Positions 29,280-38,709 of a DNA stretch of 64,000 bases are shown here, piece after piece. Each line of letters begins with the position of its first letter. Positions within the stretch are counted from its first letter, which is position 1. The position numbers and the translations under genes were made by a program. The notes beneath the pieces were generated by a model that was given only the letters and a program-made list of their open reading frames with translations, was not told where the DNA came from and did not search any database. This DNA comes from Macrostomum lignano (lineage: Eukaryota), in contig NIVC01000781.1 in the NCBI GenBank assembly GCA_002269645.1, positions 142,491 to 206,490 of the forward strand, read 5' to 3'.

Positions 29280-30449
29280 ATAAATGAGGAGCAACAATCC
29301 TACAATGAGTTTGTCCAAGCAGCCACCGAATTTCACAAACCCGGATACACAGAAGCGAAGAAAAACCTCGACACTGTGAAGGAAGCAGTTGATGATATTC
29401 AAGAGAGCCAGTTGCAAAACACATTGGGTACAATCCCATCTTCACCAGGACAACCACAGGCTCAGGAACCAGGACAACCAGAAGCACAACCGGTGCAGAT
29501 GAAAGTGACGGATAACTTTTTTGGCCCCGTAGTGGATGATGGAAAATATATTTTTGGAATTAGCGCCTGGCGAAAATATATTACAGGGGAACCGGCGGAT
29601 TACAACATTGAAGTGACAAAGGAAAATATTTCAATCAATAAAGGCGCAAAAACTAAAAGAATCCAGTTCACTCAAACTTTACTTGATTACATGACTAAAA
29701 ATCTAGAGAAAACGTCTAAAAAGCAGTTCGAAAATTACAAAGATCTTGTTACCTTTGCTCTCGATAGGGACATAGATATGCTCAAGAACAACGATGTTTT
29801 GAAAATTTTACATGAAAACAGGATTGTCTTGAACAATTTTAAAAAATACAAATACTTTAAACAATGGTTTGGTTTACCGGATCAAGAAGAGGTCATAAGA
29901 CAACAAACACAACAACCACCACAACAACCACAACCACATCAGCAGCAACCACAGCAGCAACCACAGCAGCAACCACAACAGCAACAACCACAACAACAGC
30001 AACCACAGCAACAGCAACAACCACAGCAACCTCCGTCTCCACAGCAACAAAAAACCCAGGTTGAACAAGTACTTGATCAACTTGACACTGTAGACCCGAT
30101 TCTTGTTTCGCAGTACAAAGATAGAAACCCTGATACTTGGCGACAATTAGAACAGTTCTCCCCAGAACGAATGAAGCGAATCAATGACAGAGTATTCACA
30201 CCTAGGCTACAGCAACCCTCACCAGGAACATCCTTCTCTGACCAATCATTCGAATCACCACCAAGCTCTTCCGGAAAAGGCATGCCTGAAGTCTACAAGC
30301 GGCTAGTTGTTCTCCTAGGTGCAGCAAAGACTGGAATGAAAGATGAGAATAGAAAAGAGTTCGTTCATATCCTAGACAAAATGCTTGAGAGAAAATACAT
30401 CGATAAGAGGGCGAGAGAGCTTCTGCTTTCGCGGTTCAACAAAATATAA
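29280..30449 (+). CDS. Polinton A conserved protein with poly-Q tract (5'-truncated)
   Basis: Open frame from ~29280 (EEQQSYNEFVQAATEFHKP) to C-terminal YKRLVVLLGAAKTG; homologous to B 57609-58333. Confidence 0.65.
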   Translation: MNEEQQSYNEFVQAATEFHKPGYTEAKKNLDTVKEAVDDIQESQLQNTLGTIPSSPGQPQAQEPGQPEAQPVQMKVTDNFFGPVVDDGKYIFGISAWRKYITGEPADYNIEVTKENISINKGAKTKRIQFTQTLLDYMTKNLEKTSKKQFENYKDLVTFALDRDIDMLKNNDVLKILHENRIVLNNFKKYKYFKQWFGLPDQEEVIRQQTQQPPQQPQPHQQQPQQQPQQQPQQQQPQQQQPQQQQQPQQPPSPQQQKTQVEQVLDQLDTVDPILVSQYKDRNPDTWRQLEQFSPERMKRINDRVFTPRLQQPSPGTSFSDQSFESPPSSSGKGMPEVYKRLVVLLGAAKTGMKDENRKEFVHILDKMLERKYIDKRARELLLSRFNKI

Positions 30450-30468
30450 TTTATTTCAAGTAAAAATG

Positions 30469-30843
30469 CCACTTATTTTTGAAAAAGACATTGACAAATA
30501 CTATGACAAAGATGAACTTAATCTCATTAAACGCGGATCTGGACTTTTCCCTGCAGCCCCCTATCCAAGAAAAGAACGCTCTGGGAATGGCCTTGCCGAT
30601 TTGATCGCTCAGGGGGCCAAGATTTTTAAGGTCATTGGAGAGAACAAAGAGAACATCAAGAACGTTGCCGAAGCGGCCGGCAGTGTAGCCACAGCAGCCA
30701 AAAAGATAAAGGATACTGTAACACCTAAACAAGAGATTCAGCCGCTGGCCCCGTTGGCCCCAAATCCAGACAGTGTGGACCCTGCAGTCTATGAGAAGAT
30801 GAGAGCTAGCATTAAAAAAGGAAGTGGTTTCAAATTTGACTAA
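30469..30843 (+). CDS. Polinton A small amphipathic-helix virion protein candidate
   Basis: MPLIFEK...RGSGL...SGNGLADLIAQGAKIFKVIGENKENIKNVAEAAGSVATAAKKIK...KGSGFKFD; TAAAAATG start. Confidence 0.6.
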   Translation, partial: PLIFEKDIDKYYDKDELNLIKRGSGLFPAAPYPRKERSGNGLADLIAQGAKIFKVIGENKENIKNVAEAAGSVATAAKKIKDTVTPKQEIQPLAPLAPNPDSVDPAVYEKMRASIKKGSGFKFD

Positions 30844-30864
30844 ATGGTACTTTCCGAGGGTACA

Positions 30865-30975
30865 AGACAAGTCCCAAAATGACATATTTAAGTCCCGAAA
30901 TGACACATCTAAGTCCCAAAATGACACATCCAAGTCCCAAAATGACACATCCAAGTCCCAAAATGACACATCTTC
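30865..30975. repeat. 21-bp tandem repeat (AAGTCCCAAAATGACACATCC)n
   Basis: About 5 copies between ORFs. Confidence 0.85.
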
Positions 30976-31011
30976 TAAATGATTTATTATTTAATTTTTT
31001 TTCATCATAGA

Positions 31012-31815
31012 AAAATGGACTTTTCAAACGACTTCAATCCTCACTGGACGCGTAATCAGATTAAGTTTTCTCATCACGAGTCAATCCCGAGTCACTTCAG
31101 ATGCATTGTTGTTGGTTCATCAGGTTCAGGTAAAACATTCAGAGTCTTTAACATGCTTCTTAGACCTGGCTTTATCGACTATGACACTCTGCACATCTAC
31201 TCTCCCACACTGTATCAAGATGAGTATAAAATGCTGATTTCTGGATTGCAAAACAAACTGAACAAAGAGGACATTATTCAATGTTTTAATAACCAACAAA
31301 ACCTTCCCAGTAACCCAGAAATGGTTGCTGCCGAATATGCAAAGCACCTTAAAGACAATGAAAAATGGCAGAACATCAAAGTGTTCACCTATGGAGATCC
31401 GCAGGCTGATCCAAAGACCAAACTTCTACCCCAACCAGATGAGCTAGAAAAGGGGAGAAAGCATTTGATCGTCTTTGATGATTGTATGACAGGCCCACAG
31501 AAGCAGATAGAAAACTATTTTACAAGAGGGCGACATAACAATTGTAATGTAATTTACATTGCACAGAACTGGTTCGAGCTCCCGAACAAAACAATTCGTG
31601 GGAACTGCAATCTGATTCTCCTGTTTCCAACCATTCCACAGGACAGGCTAAAAAGATTTTACAATGAGGTCATTGCGCCTGCCTATTTTATAAATTCAAC
31701 AAAAAACTCAAACAGAAAGATTTCACAAGAGGAATTCGTTAACCTCTGCTACGAAAAGTGGAACCAACCCTATCAGTTTGTCATGTTCAACAAGGAGAAA
31801 AGAACTGTAATTTAA
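31012..31815 (+). CDS. Polinton A A32/FtsK-HerA-like DNA packaging ATPase
   Basis: Walker A GSSGSGKT, Walker B LIVFDD, RGRH arginine-finger motif, YIAQ. Confidence 0.92.
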   Translation, partial: KMDFSNDFNPHWTRNQIKFSHHESIPSHFRCIVVGSSGSGKTFRVFNMLLRPGFIDYDTLHIYSPTLYQDEYKMLISGLQNKLNKEDIIQCFNNQQNLPSNPEMVAAEYAKHLKDNEKWQNIKVFTYGDPQADPKTKLLPQPDELEKGRKHLIVFDDCMTGPQKQIENYFTRGRHNNCNVIYIAQNWFELPNKTIRGNCNLILLFPTIPQDRLKRFYNEVIAPAYFINSTKNSNRKISQEEFVNLCYEKWNQPYQFVMFNKEKRTVI

Positions 31816-31831
31816 AATTTGCTATTAAAAG

Positions 31832-32593
31832 ATGTCTATTAATTTTGCAGGTGAATCCATTTCTGGCAACAACGCTCTTACATCAGCTCAAATATCCATC
31901 CTTGACAGGCGATATATCAACAGCGACGAAAAGATCCCAGAGATCAAACTGAATAAAAACAGACTGAAACAATTAGAGCGCTCCATGCACCAGTTGCAAA
32001 TAAACATGGAAGATCTTAGGCTTAAAGTAGCTAGGCAGAAGTTTGAAAGTGATAAGCTTTATGTACAGGTTGTACACGCAACTAATGAACTAAGGTCAAA
32101 AATAACTTCGATAGTCTCGCTAATCAACGGCTTGAGATCATCAGTTAATCTCCTGGGAAATTCCACTGATAGACGGATGCGTATTCTTGAAGGAGGGGTT
32201 TTCACAAACACAGCTAAAGTAAATAATTTAGAAGAGTTCATGAACCAGTCAACAGCGTTGCATGATAGAATTAAAGAAAACGTCGCAACCAACACAGGTA
32301 AAGTGAGGAATTTAGAAGAGTTCATGACTCAGTCAACAGCGTTGCATGATAGAATTAAAGAAAGACTTGCAGCATTAGAGAGAAAGGATGTATCACACAG
32401 TAGCTATCTAAACGGAATGTATAGCTCTTGGGGTAAAATACTAAGGAGGCTTGATCGTCTGGAGAGAACACTCAATCTTCGTGATATTGCTATTGATGAA
32501 GCAGAATCTACTGCTCGTCCGGTCATTTCTACAGATGAAATTATCAAATTTCATCAAAATCAAATCAAATCAAAAGAAAACAGATCTTTTTAA
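31832..32593 (+). CDS. Polinton A coiled-coil protein, putative fibre/spike
   Basis: N-terminal LDRRYINSDE resembles B fibre ADDRYINENE; internal duplication TNT(A/G)KVxNLEEFMxQSTALHDRIKE; same gene neighbourhood as B fibre. Confidence 0.5.
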   Translation: MSINFAGESISGNNALTSAQISILDRRYINSDEKIPEIKLNKNRLKQLERSMHQLQINMEDLRLKVARQKFESDKLYVQVVHATNELRSKITSIVSLINGLRSSVNLLGNSTDRRMRILEGGVFTNTAKVNNLEEFMNQSTALHDRIKENVATNTGKVRNLEEFMTQSTALHDRIKERLAALERKDVSHSSYLNGMYSSWGKILRRLDRLERTLNLRDIAIDEAESTARPVISTDEIIKFHQNQIKSKENRSF

Positions 32594-32636
32594 AACCGGA
32601 TAGTTTTATAATTTTTTATTTTTTCTACGGAAAAAA

Positions 32637-33356
32637 ATGGCCCAACAAAATTCTCTATACGATCAGTCTCAATACGCTGAACCTAAAATACCGACAGCAC
32701 CAAACTCAATGGCACCGAATTCGAACACACAAAGCCTGAATGCACCGAATCTGAATGCACCTCAATATGAGCAACAAAAACTCTACCCCATCATTTCTTG
32801 TAACTCTCAACAATTTCGATTGGTGGAGATTCAAAAAATGCGAGATGACATTGAAAAAAATATTTTCCACAACACAAAGAAAATTGAGCGCTATAACAGC
32901 CACTGTAAATTTTTCGACTACAGCAATATGATTCTAGGATCTGTGTCTGTTCTATCTGGATCTGCTGCGGCTGTCTCAACGTTGCCAGTCATCACAGCCC
33001 CAATCGCAATCCCGCTCAGCTCTGTGGGTGCTGCGTGTGGACTTATTTCAGCAATTACTGGAGCATTAGCGCGAAATAGGCGAAAAAAACTAAAGCAGCT
33101 ACAGGAGAAGCAAGTAAAAGAGAAAGGGGTGCACACATCAATCATAGGGTACATTTCAAGGGCAATCGAACATAAGTTCATTTCAGAGGATGAGTTCAAA
33201 ACCATTCAGGATCTTTATGAACAAACAATTCGAATGAACTTGAACATGGTCGGTACTGATGACATGAGTCAGTTGAGAAATGAACTCGAGAAAGTTCTTC
33301 AACATTATGCGGAAAGAAAGTCGGCAAGAAGGAGGGTGAGAAATGCGCCACAATGA
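32637..33356 (+). CDS. Polinton A conserved membrane protein (hydrophobic helical hairpin) with PTAP and LYP motifs
   Basis: KLYP...FRLVEIQ, then hydrophobic ILGSVSVLSGSAAAV...IAIPLSSVGAACGLISAITG; homologous to B 54231-54971. Confidence 0.7.
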   Translation: MAQQNSLYDQSQYAEPKIPTAPNSMAPNSNTQSLNAPNLNAPQYEQQKLYPIISCNSQQFRLVEIQKMRDDIEKNIFHNTKKIERYNSHCKFFDYSNMILGSVSVLSGSAAAVSTLPVITAPIAIPLSSVGAACGLISAITGALARNRRKKLKQLQEKQVKEKGVHTSIIGYISRAIEHKFISEDEFKTIQDLYEQTIRMNLNMVGTDDMSQLRNELEKVLQHYAERKSARRRVRNAPQ

Positions 33357-33360
33357 ACCC

Positions 33361-33762
33361 CTATGAAACACAGCCAAGAATAATTTCCTTGTAGGTCTTT
33401 CGTGTTTTGGTCATTGCATACAAAACAGTCATGCACAGCTCACCGCAAATATCACTGCTAAGACCTTGGAGAATAAAGTCTGAGCGATAAATTTTTTTAT
33501 TATTTTTCCCCTTCATATAATTTCTTAGCTCTTCTGGTACTGCCGTCCCATAGCTATCGAAGTAATAACACTTGTGCTTGCGATCGGGATCAATCACCCA
33601 GCAAACCCAATGAGATCCTGGCTTATCGGTGGTGTCAAAGTTCATGATGCCGCATTCTTTTCTTAGAGGAAAATCAGGCAGAGTGTCCCTCGTAAATATT
33701 CCTCTAAAGTTTGGGATTTCCAGTTCGTTAGCCAAATCTTCAAGAAAGTTATTTGTCGTCAT
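33361..33762 (-). CDS. Polinton A adenain-family cysteine protease
   Basis: GSHW (His), YFDSYG (Asp), Q-x5-CG (Gln/Cys) catalytic motifs intact. Confidence 0.92.
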   Translation of the reverse strand: MTTNNFLEDLANELEIPNFRGIFTRDTLPDFPLRKECGIMNFDTTDKPGSHWVCWVIDPDRKHKCYYFDSYGTAVPEELRNYMKGKNNKKIYRSDFILQGLSSDICGELCMTVLYAMTKTRKTYKEIILGCVS

Positions 33763-33932
33763 TTTTATGTCATTTTTATGAGGTTTATTAAACTTTATCT
33801 TAAACCTAAACCCAACCTCCAGTGGCCGACCCTAATCTCCAGCTCCTAAACCTAATCTCCACCTCCTAAACCTAATCTCCACCTCCTAAACCTAATCTCC
33901 AGTGCCCGAACCTAACCTCCACCTCCTAAACC

Positions 33933-36900
33933 TTATCTCCAGTGCCCGAACGGTAGACTGTTAATATTGTCATCAAAAATGAATCTCTTGTTATCTGCAC
34001 CCGACAGTCCAATCTTCTTTTGCTGAATTGTGTGAATAATATGGTTTTTAGATTGTAGCTTTGAGAACTCATGTGATGTCTTTTTGTTGCAATTCAAGGC
34101 GTCCCTGTATTCAGCTTCATTAATTTCCTTCCTAACCACACGTTTCGGAATTCCCTTTGATTTTTTTATTGGGTCTGACGACTCACATTTTACAAAATAG
34201 GACTTTGCTCTCAACCCAATGAATTCCGTGATTATGTCACCAGCAATCTCGTCCTTCATTTTCCCAATCACTTTCTTGTTAGTAGCGTCAAACACTTGAT
34301 CGCCATTCTGTGTCCTGAAAGATTCATCATACTCAGACAAGTCAAACAAATCTTTTTGCTGCAGCATGTCCTGATAAATGTCTTCTGTTTGAATGTCCAT
34401 AATAAAACTGTCTGTGTCAGTGTACAAGAGTTTCATTTTATCCTTGTACTGCTGCTTCATGCCATAGAAGAACTGGTACATCAGACGTTTTGATTCGTCG
34501 AGAACAATGACACCTGTATAGATCTGCTTGCGCAGTGTCACCTTGGTTTTGTAAAATATGATCACACCCAAGTAGCTATTAAAGATATGGAGTTCTTTGA
34601 ATGTTGGCTTTGACATATTTGCTTGAATAACAGCAGGCTCTGATGAGGTAACAAGTTTCAGGTTTGTTCTTTTCCGCTCATTCTCAAGAGTCTTGCCATA
34701 GACAGAGTTGTTGGCCAACTTAAAGAGGTTCTTGTCAAACTCGTTGGTTGCTTTGGTCCTAAACTGGGTGTTCTTATCAATGTAGGGTTTCATCCACGCT
34801 TCCTCTGTAAATGTAAGAGCCCTGTGAACTTTGGTGACCCTGCAACCAAGTGAGATAAAATACTGAAGCAGTTTGTAATGGATTTTGTAACGTGTCTTGT
34901 TGTTTAGATTCTGTGTTAGTTTCTCTGTATGTTCTTTTTCTGTTCCTGACAGGCGCCAAGTTCCATTGGGAGTTTCGATTATTTTCGGACACTTGATGTT
35001 CCCTGGGAAGGGTGGAAAGTCAGGGAAATAGTCGTGAAGCTCTGGTGGAATGTAAACATCAACCTCATAAATGGCAGCCAATGAAAAGTCCCATTTGAAT
35101 TCTGATGAGGGTAGCCATCGAAAATCTCTAACTGGAAGATCTTGACTCATCGCCCACCCGTAGAGATTATTAGCGTCCAAGTAAGTAATGTAGTTTGAGG
35201 GCTGCTCCTTATTGTAAGATTCAATGTAGGGATTGTTCGCTTTTGCATACCTGTTAACACAAATTGAGATCCCCCCTCGCTTTGACGATTCGACAAAATT
35301 GTACATTTCAATATCTGTAAGAAGTTCAATGTACCAATCTGGATCTTGATCCCATTTCATTTTAAGCAAAGATTCCCAGCTAGTGGCAGGCAGAGACACA
35401 TAATGTGCTGGATCGAAGCCATATGCTGTGTACCAGGTGTATCTGAAAGTTTCAAACACATCGGCCAGCAGAAACACATCTGTGAAGAGGTAAAGCAGGT
35501 GATACTGGAAGAAGTTTTGACAATTAAAGTAATTATAGACATGCTTCGCGTGCTCATAGTCTTTGTCAGAGATTCCAGAGTCTGTTAGCTTTGAAAAGAA
35601 CTTCTCCTGTGGTGGTAAACCTTCTTCAAATACGTGATAACGAGTAATATTCTCATAGGGGTAGAAGCCTTTCTTTCTTAAAAGTTTAAATGATTCATCA
35701 GTGTTGTTAATTTTACTTGCAAATATCTTTGTATATGTACATTGTTCATCTTTTAGATTCTTGCTTAGTTCGTCTAGACTGGCAGCTAGAAATTGATATG
35801 AATCCTTCAGTCTTATTTTACCTTTACTGTTACCCGAATTATCCTGTTTAATATCAACACACTTAAACTTCTCCTTGTTCTCTGCGATGCAGTCAAGGTG
35901 TATGTCTGGAATCATGCCGATTTTTTCAACTATTAAATGCATGTCATAGTTCTTTGCGTTGTGACAAAATATCGTTAGATCATGAATGTTGGATTTTAGC
36001 TTTAGATTACAGGTGTTATGCGCTGCACCTCTAAATTTCCCAGTAAAGTGGCAGTGGTCCCTAACGGTTGGGTTTTTAATATCAGTGCAAGTTAACTGTT
36101 TCCTACAGATGTAGCAATGAGTTGCTGATAGGAAATTGCTTTCATCCTCCTCAGACATAATTATTGGAACAGGCTGAAGGGTGCTAATTACTCTTTGCAA
36201 CTCTAACATTCTGGCAATAAACTGCTCCACACACTGGTCTCCAAAGAAATAATTATACTCATCAAGTCCTTTTGTATTAATAAAGGCATATGCTACTGAA
36301 TTGAGGACATGTCTTTGAGTTTGAGTTTGTTTTTGAGTTTCTGGCATGATTGAGCATTCGAAATCAGCATATACAACAAATGGGAGCTTCTCCATCTTGT
36401 GATAGTTCTTAAAACGGAGATACTTTTCTTCAGCTGAAGGAAGAGAGCAGTTGGTCGGGTGATCCTCACATGATAATTCATGCTCTGCTAGTTTTTCAAT
36501 GCGCTCAGGTCCACTGTAATGCTTAAGGCACAAGCGGCAGATGGCAACAGCCTCGTGATGATTATTCAACTGCTTGTGAATGAGTATTGAAAGATCTTTA
36601 ATCCAAACATAGTGAGCCTCCTCTAGTAAATTACCAATCACTAGAAGATCAACCTCAGTCCGCCTTTTCCCCTCAGGATCTAAAACGTCTTTGCTACATC
36701 TGACCGGTTGAACTTTCTCAGTTTTTTCACTCCACTCAAAGACTGTGATTCTAATTTTGTTATTAAACACTTCTTCTAGTTTTGGAATCTGAGAGATCGC
36801 CAAGCCTCCTTTGTCAAACCTGATCCCCTTCTTTTCACATTCGATAAGATAGTACTTGAAATAATTTTGATAATTTGAGGTTCTTTCGGGGTGGTGAGGG

Positions 36901-37329
36901 ACACTATCATGATGAAGTGCAGAAAGAACTGCCCATAGAGCACAGCAATTGTCTTTATTTTTAACATTTATGCAAGCTTTTTTGCCGGCTAGCTTATGTG
37001 GGAGCTCTATATAAGAGGAGGCTTTAAGTGGGTCATATTTCATGACCATGACAGTAGCTCTTTGAATCCCTCCCACGACCCATCCGGAACCTCTGGATGT
37101 AAACGCTTCAATTTTCTTAGTGACATCTTGAAGGAAAGGATCCAGCGTGTCTGTAGGGGTGAATGGCTTTGCCTTTGTTGTCATGTAATACTCGAGATGC
37201 TCAGTGGGTTTCGCAGGCATATAAAACGCAATCTTGAATGATATCTGTAGTTTAAAAGTCTTGCGTGTTTTAAGTGTGTGATCAACAACTGATTGGATGC
37301 TGTCTTTATAGTCGTAGATGTTTGCGGTG
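33933..37329 (-). CDS. polB: Polinton A protein-primed DNA polymerase B, 5'-truncated by the Polinton B insertion
   Basis: YADFE, HNAKNYD, YLDANNLYG, KLANNSVYGK, YTDTDS, and an EndoVII-like CYIC...HCH...CN segment. The frame stays open from the track start (37220) up to the insertion at 37329. Confidence 0.95.
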
Positions 37330-38093
37330 AGTAGTATAGGAAAAGTAGGTTTGAGCGCAACCCATTTTGAAAAATCACAAAAAACAGATAAAAATCGACT
37401 AAAAACAGGTGAAAATTGTCTGAAAACAGTGATTTTAGTGATTTTTCAAAAGTTTTGAAAAATTGCTTTTTGCGCGATTTCGTGAGTAAAACCACAAGAA
37501 ATTTTTGATTCGTGGGTTAAAATAACCTATTTTCAGGTTTCATCATTTCAAAACTAGCATCAAATTTAATAATAGTCTTTTCTCCCATTGCATAACGCCC
37601 TTCAATAAGCCAATCTTACTAGCTTTGCTTTTAACGATCAGTCAGCTACCATCTATGCATAAAAATGGTCCACTCGAGGCATACAATGCTTTTACAAAAG
37701 TCAATAATTTGCTCCTGCACATTCGCTTTGTCCCGAGGCTTTGAAATGGCTTTAATGCTGTTCTAGATTTGTACTTAAAGATAATAGAAGACATTCAAGA
37801 ACATGGAGCGCTAATTTAAATTTTTCGTGGCAAGCATACTCGACTACTAGAGCACTAACCGCAGCACTCAACATTTCTATTGGCTGCCAAAATTTCTGCC
37901 AAAACCAAAATTTTTGCCAAAATTTCTGCCAAAAAGTGTTTGGTTTTGGCATCCAATAGGAGTGGCTCGTGCAAATCTTTTGTGTTCACCCTCTATCTAG
38001 CTGTAAAAAAAGACATAAAGTGGGCCACGCAAGTTACAAACGAACAATGCTCGCGACCCTACCTACGGACGATTTCACTAACCCTTTTCTAAA
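37330..38093 (+). repeat. Polinton B left TIR, part 1 (continues at 47260-47395)
   Basis: Near-identical reverse complement of 63231-63997. Confidence 0.95.
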
Positions 38094-38709
38094 TCCTATA
38101 TACTAAAAATGGTCTGTCTGTGTCTATCTATCTATGTGATAGATTAGAGAAAAAATGGCTGGACCGATTTTGTTCGAACTTGCACTGTTCGATCAGAAAT
38201 TTTCCCGTGACTGTACATGCATCGTGGCTAAGAAATTGCTCGATGCTAAAGGCATTAAATATTCGAAAAACATGCTTTTTTGCAAAGGTCAAGCAGCTCT
38301 TTCGACTTGAAATGCATTGTAAGAATGCTAGAGAAAAAACTGACTGGTTGAATTCTGATTCTGAAATGATTGCATCATAACTGAATTGTAACTCCGACTT
38401 GAATTGAAAATGCAGTGTGGAAGCATAGCACCAGACTTGATTTAAATTGCGTAACCATATTGTTAACTGATACTGACTGACTGAGAAACTGATTATGTCA
38501 TAACTGTTTCGTGTGATTTACTCTATGCTTGGATTTTAAAGTGTTGAATTATATAAGTGCAAAATTTGATGTTATCAAAACGATGAGAGCTAGCCTAGAG
38601 GTGAACAAACTGAACTGCTAAATGCAGCGACGATGGTTCGAATTTTCATAGAGTATAATTTTTTTAATTAAAGCTTTTCAACGTCAGGAAAACTAAAAGA
38701 CTTTTTAAA

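Larger units (their letters stand above)
26682..37329. mobile_element. Polinton/Maverick A (endogenous adintovirus-like element), left portion; left end uncertain, right part predicted beyond the window
   Basis: Penton, MCP C-terminal half, A32-like ATPase, adenain and pPolB in intronless, tightly packed ORFs. The AGTAGC at 26682 is only a candidate terminus. Confidence 0.85.

Noticed and set aside
37181-38380. ORFs in the TIR and Helitron ends (also 43784-44051 and 63243-63574)
   Set aside because: They are duplicated only because the TIR and Helitron are duplicated, and have no recognisable motifs.
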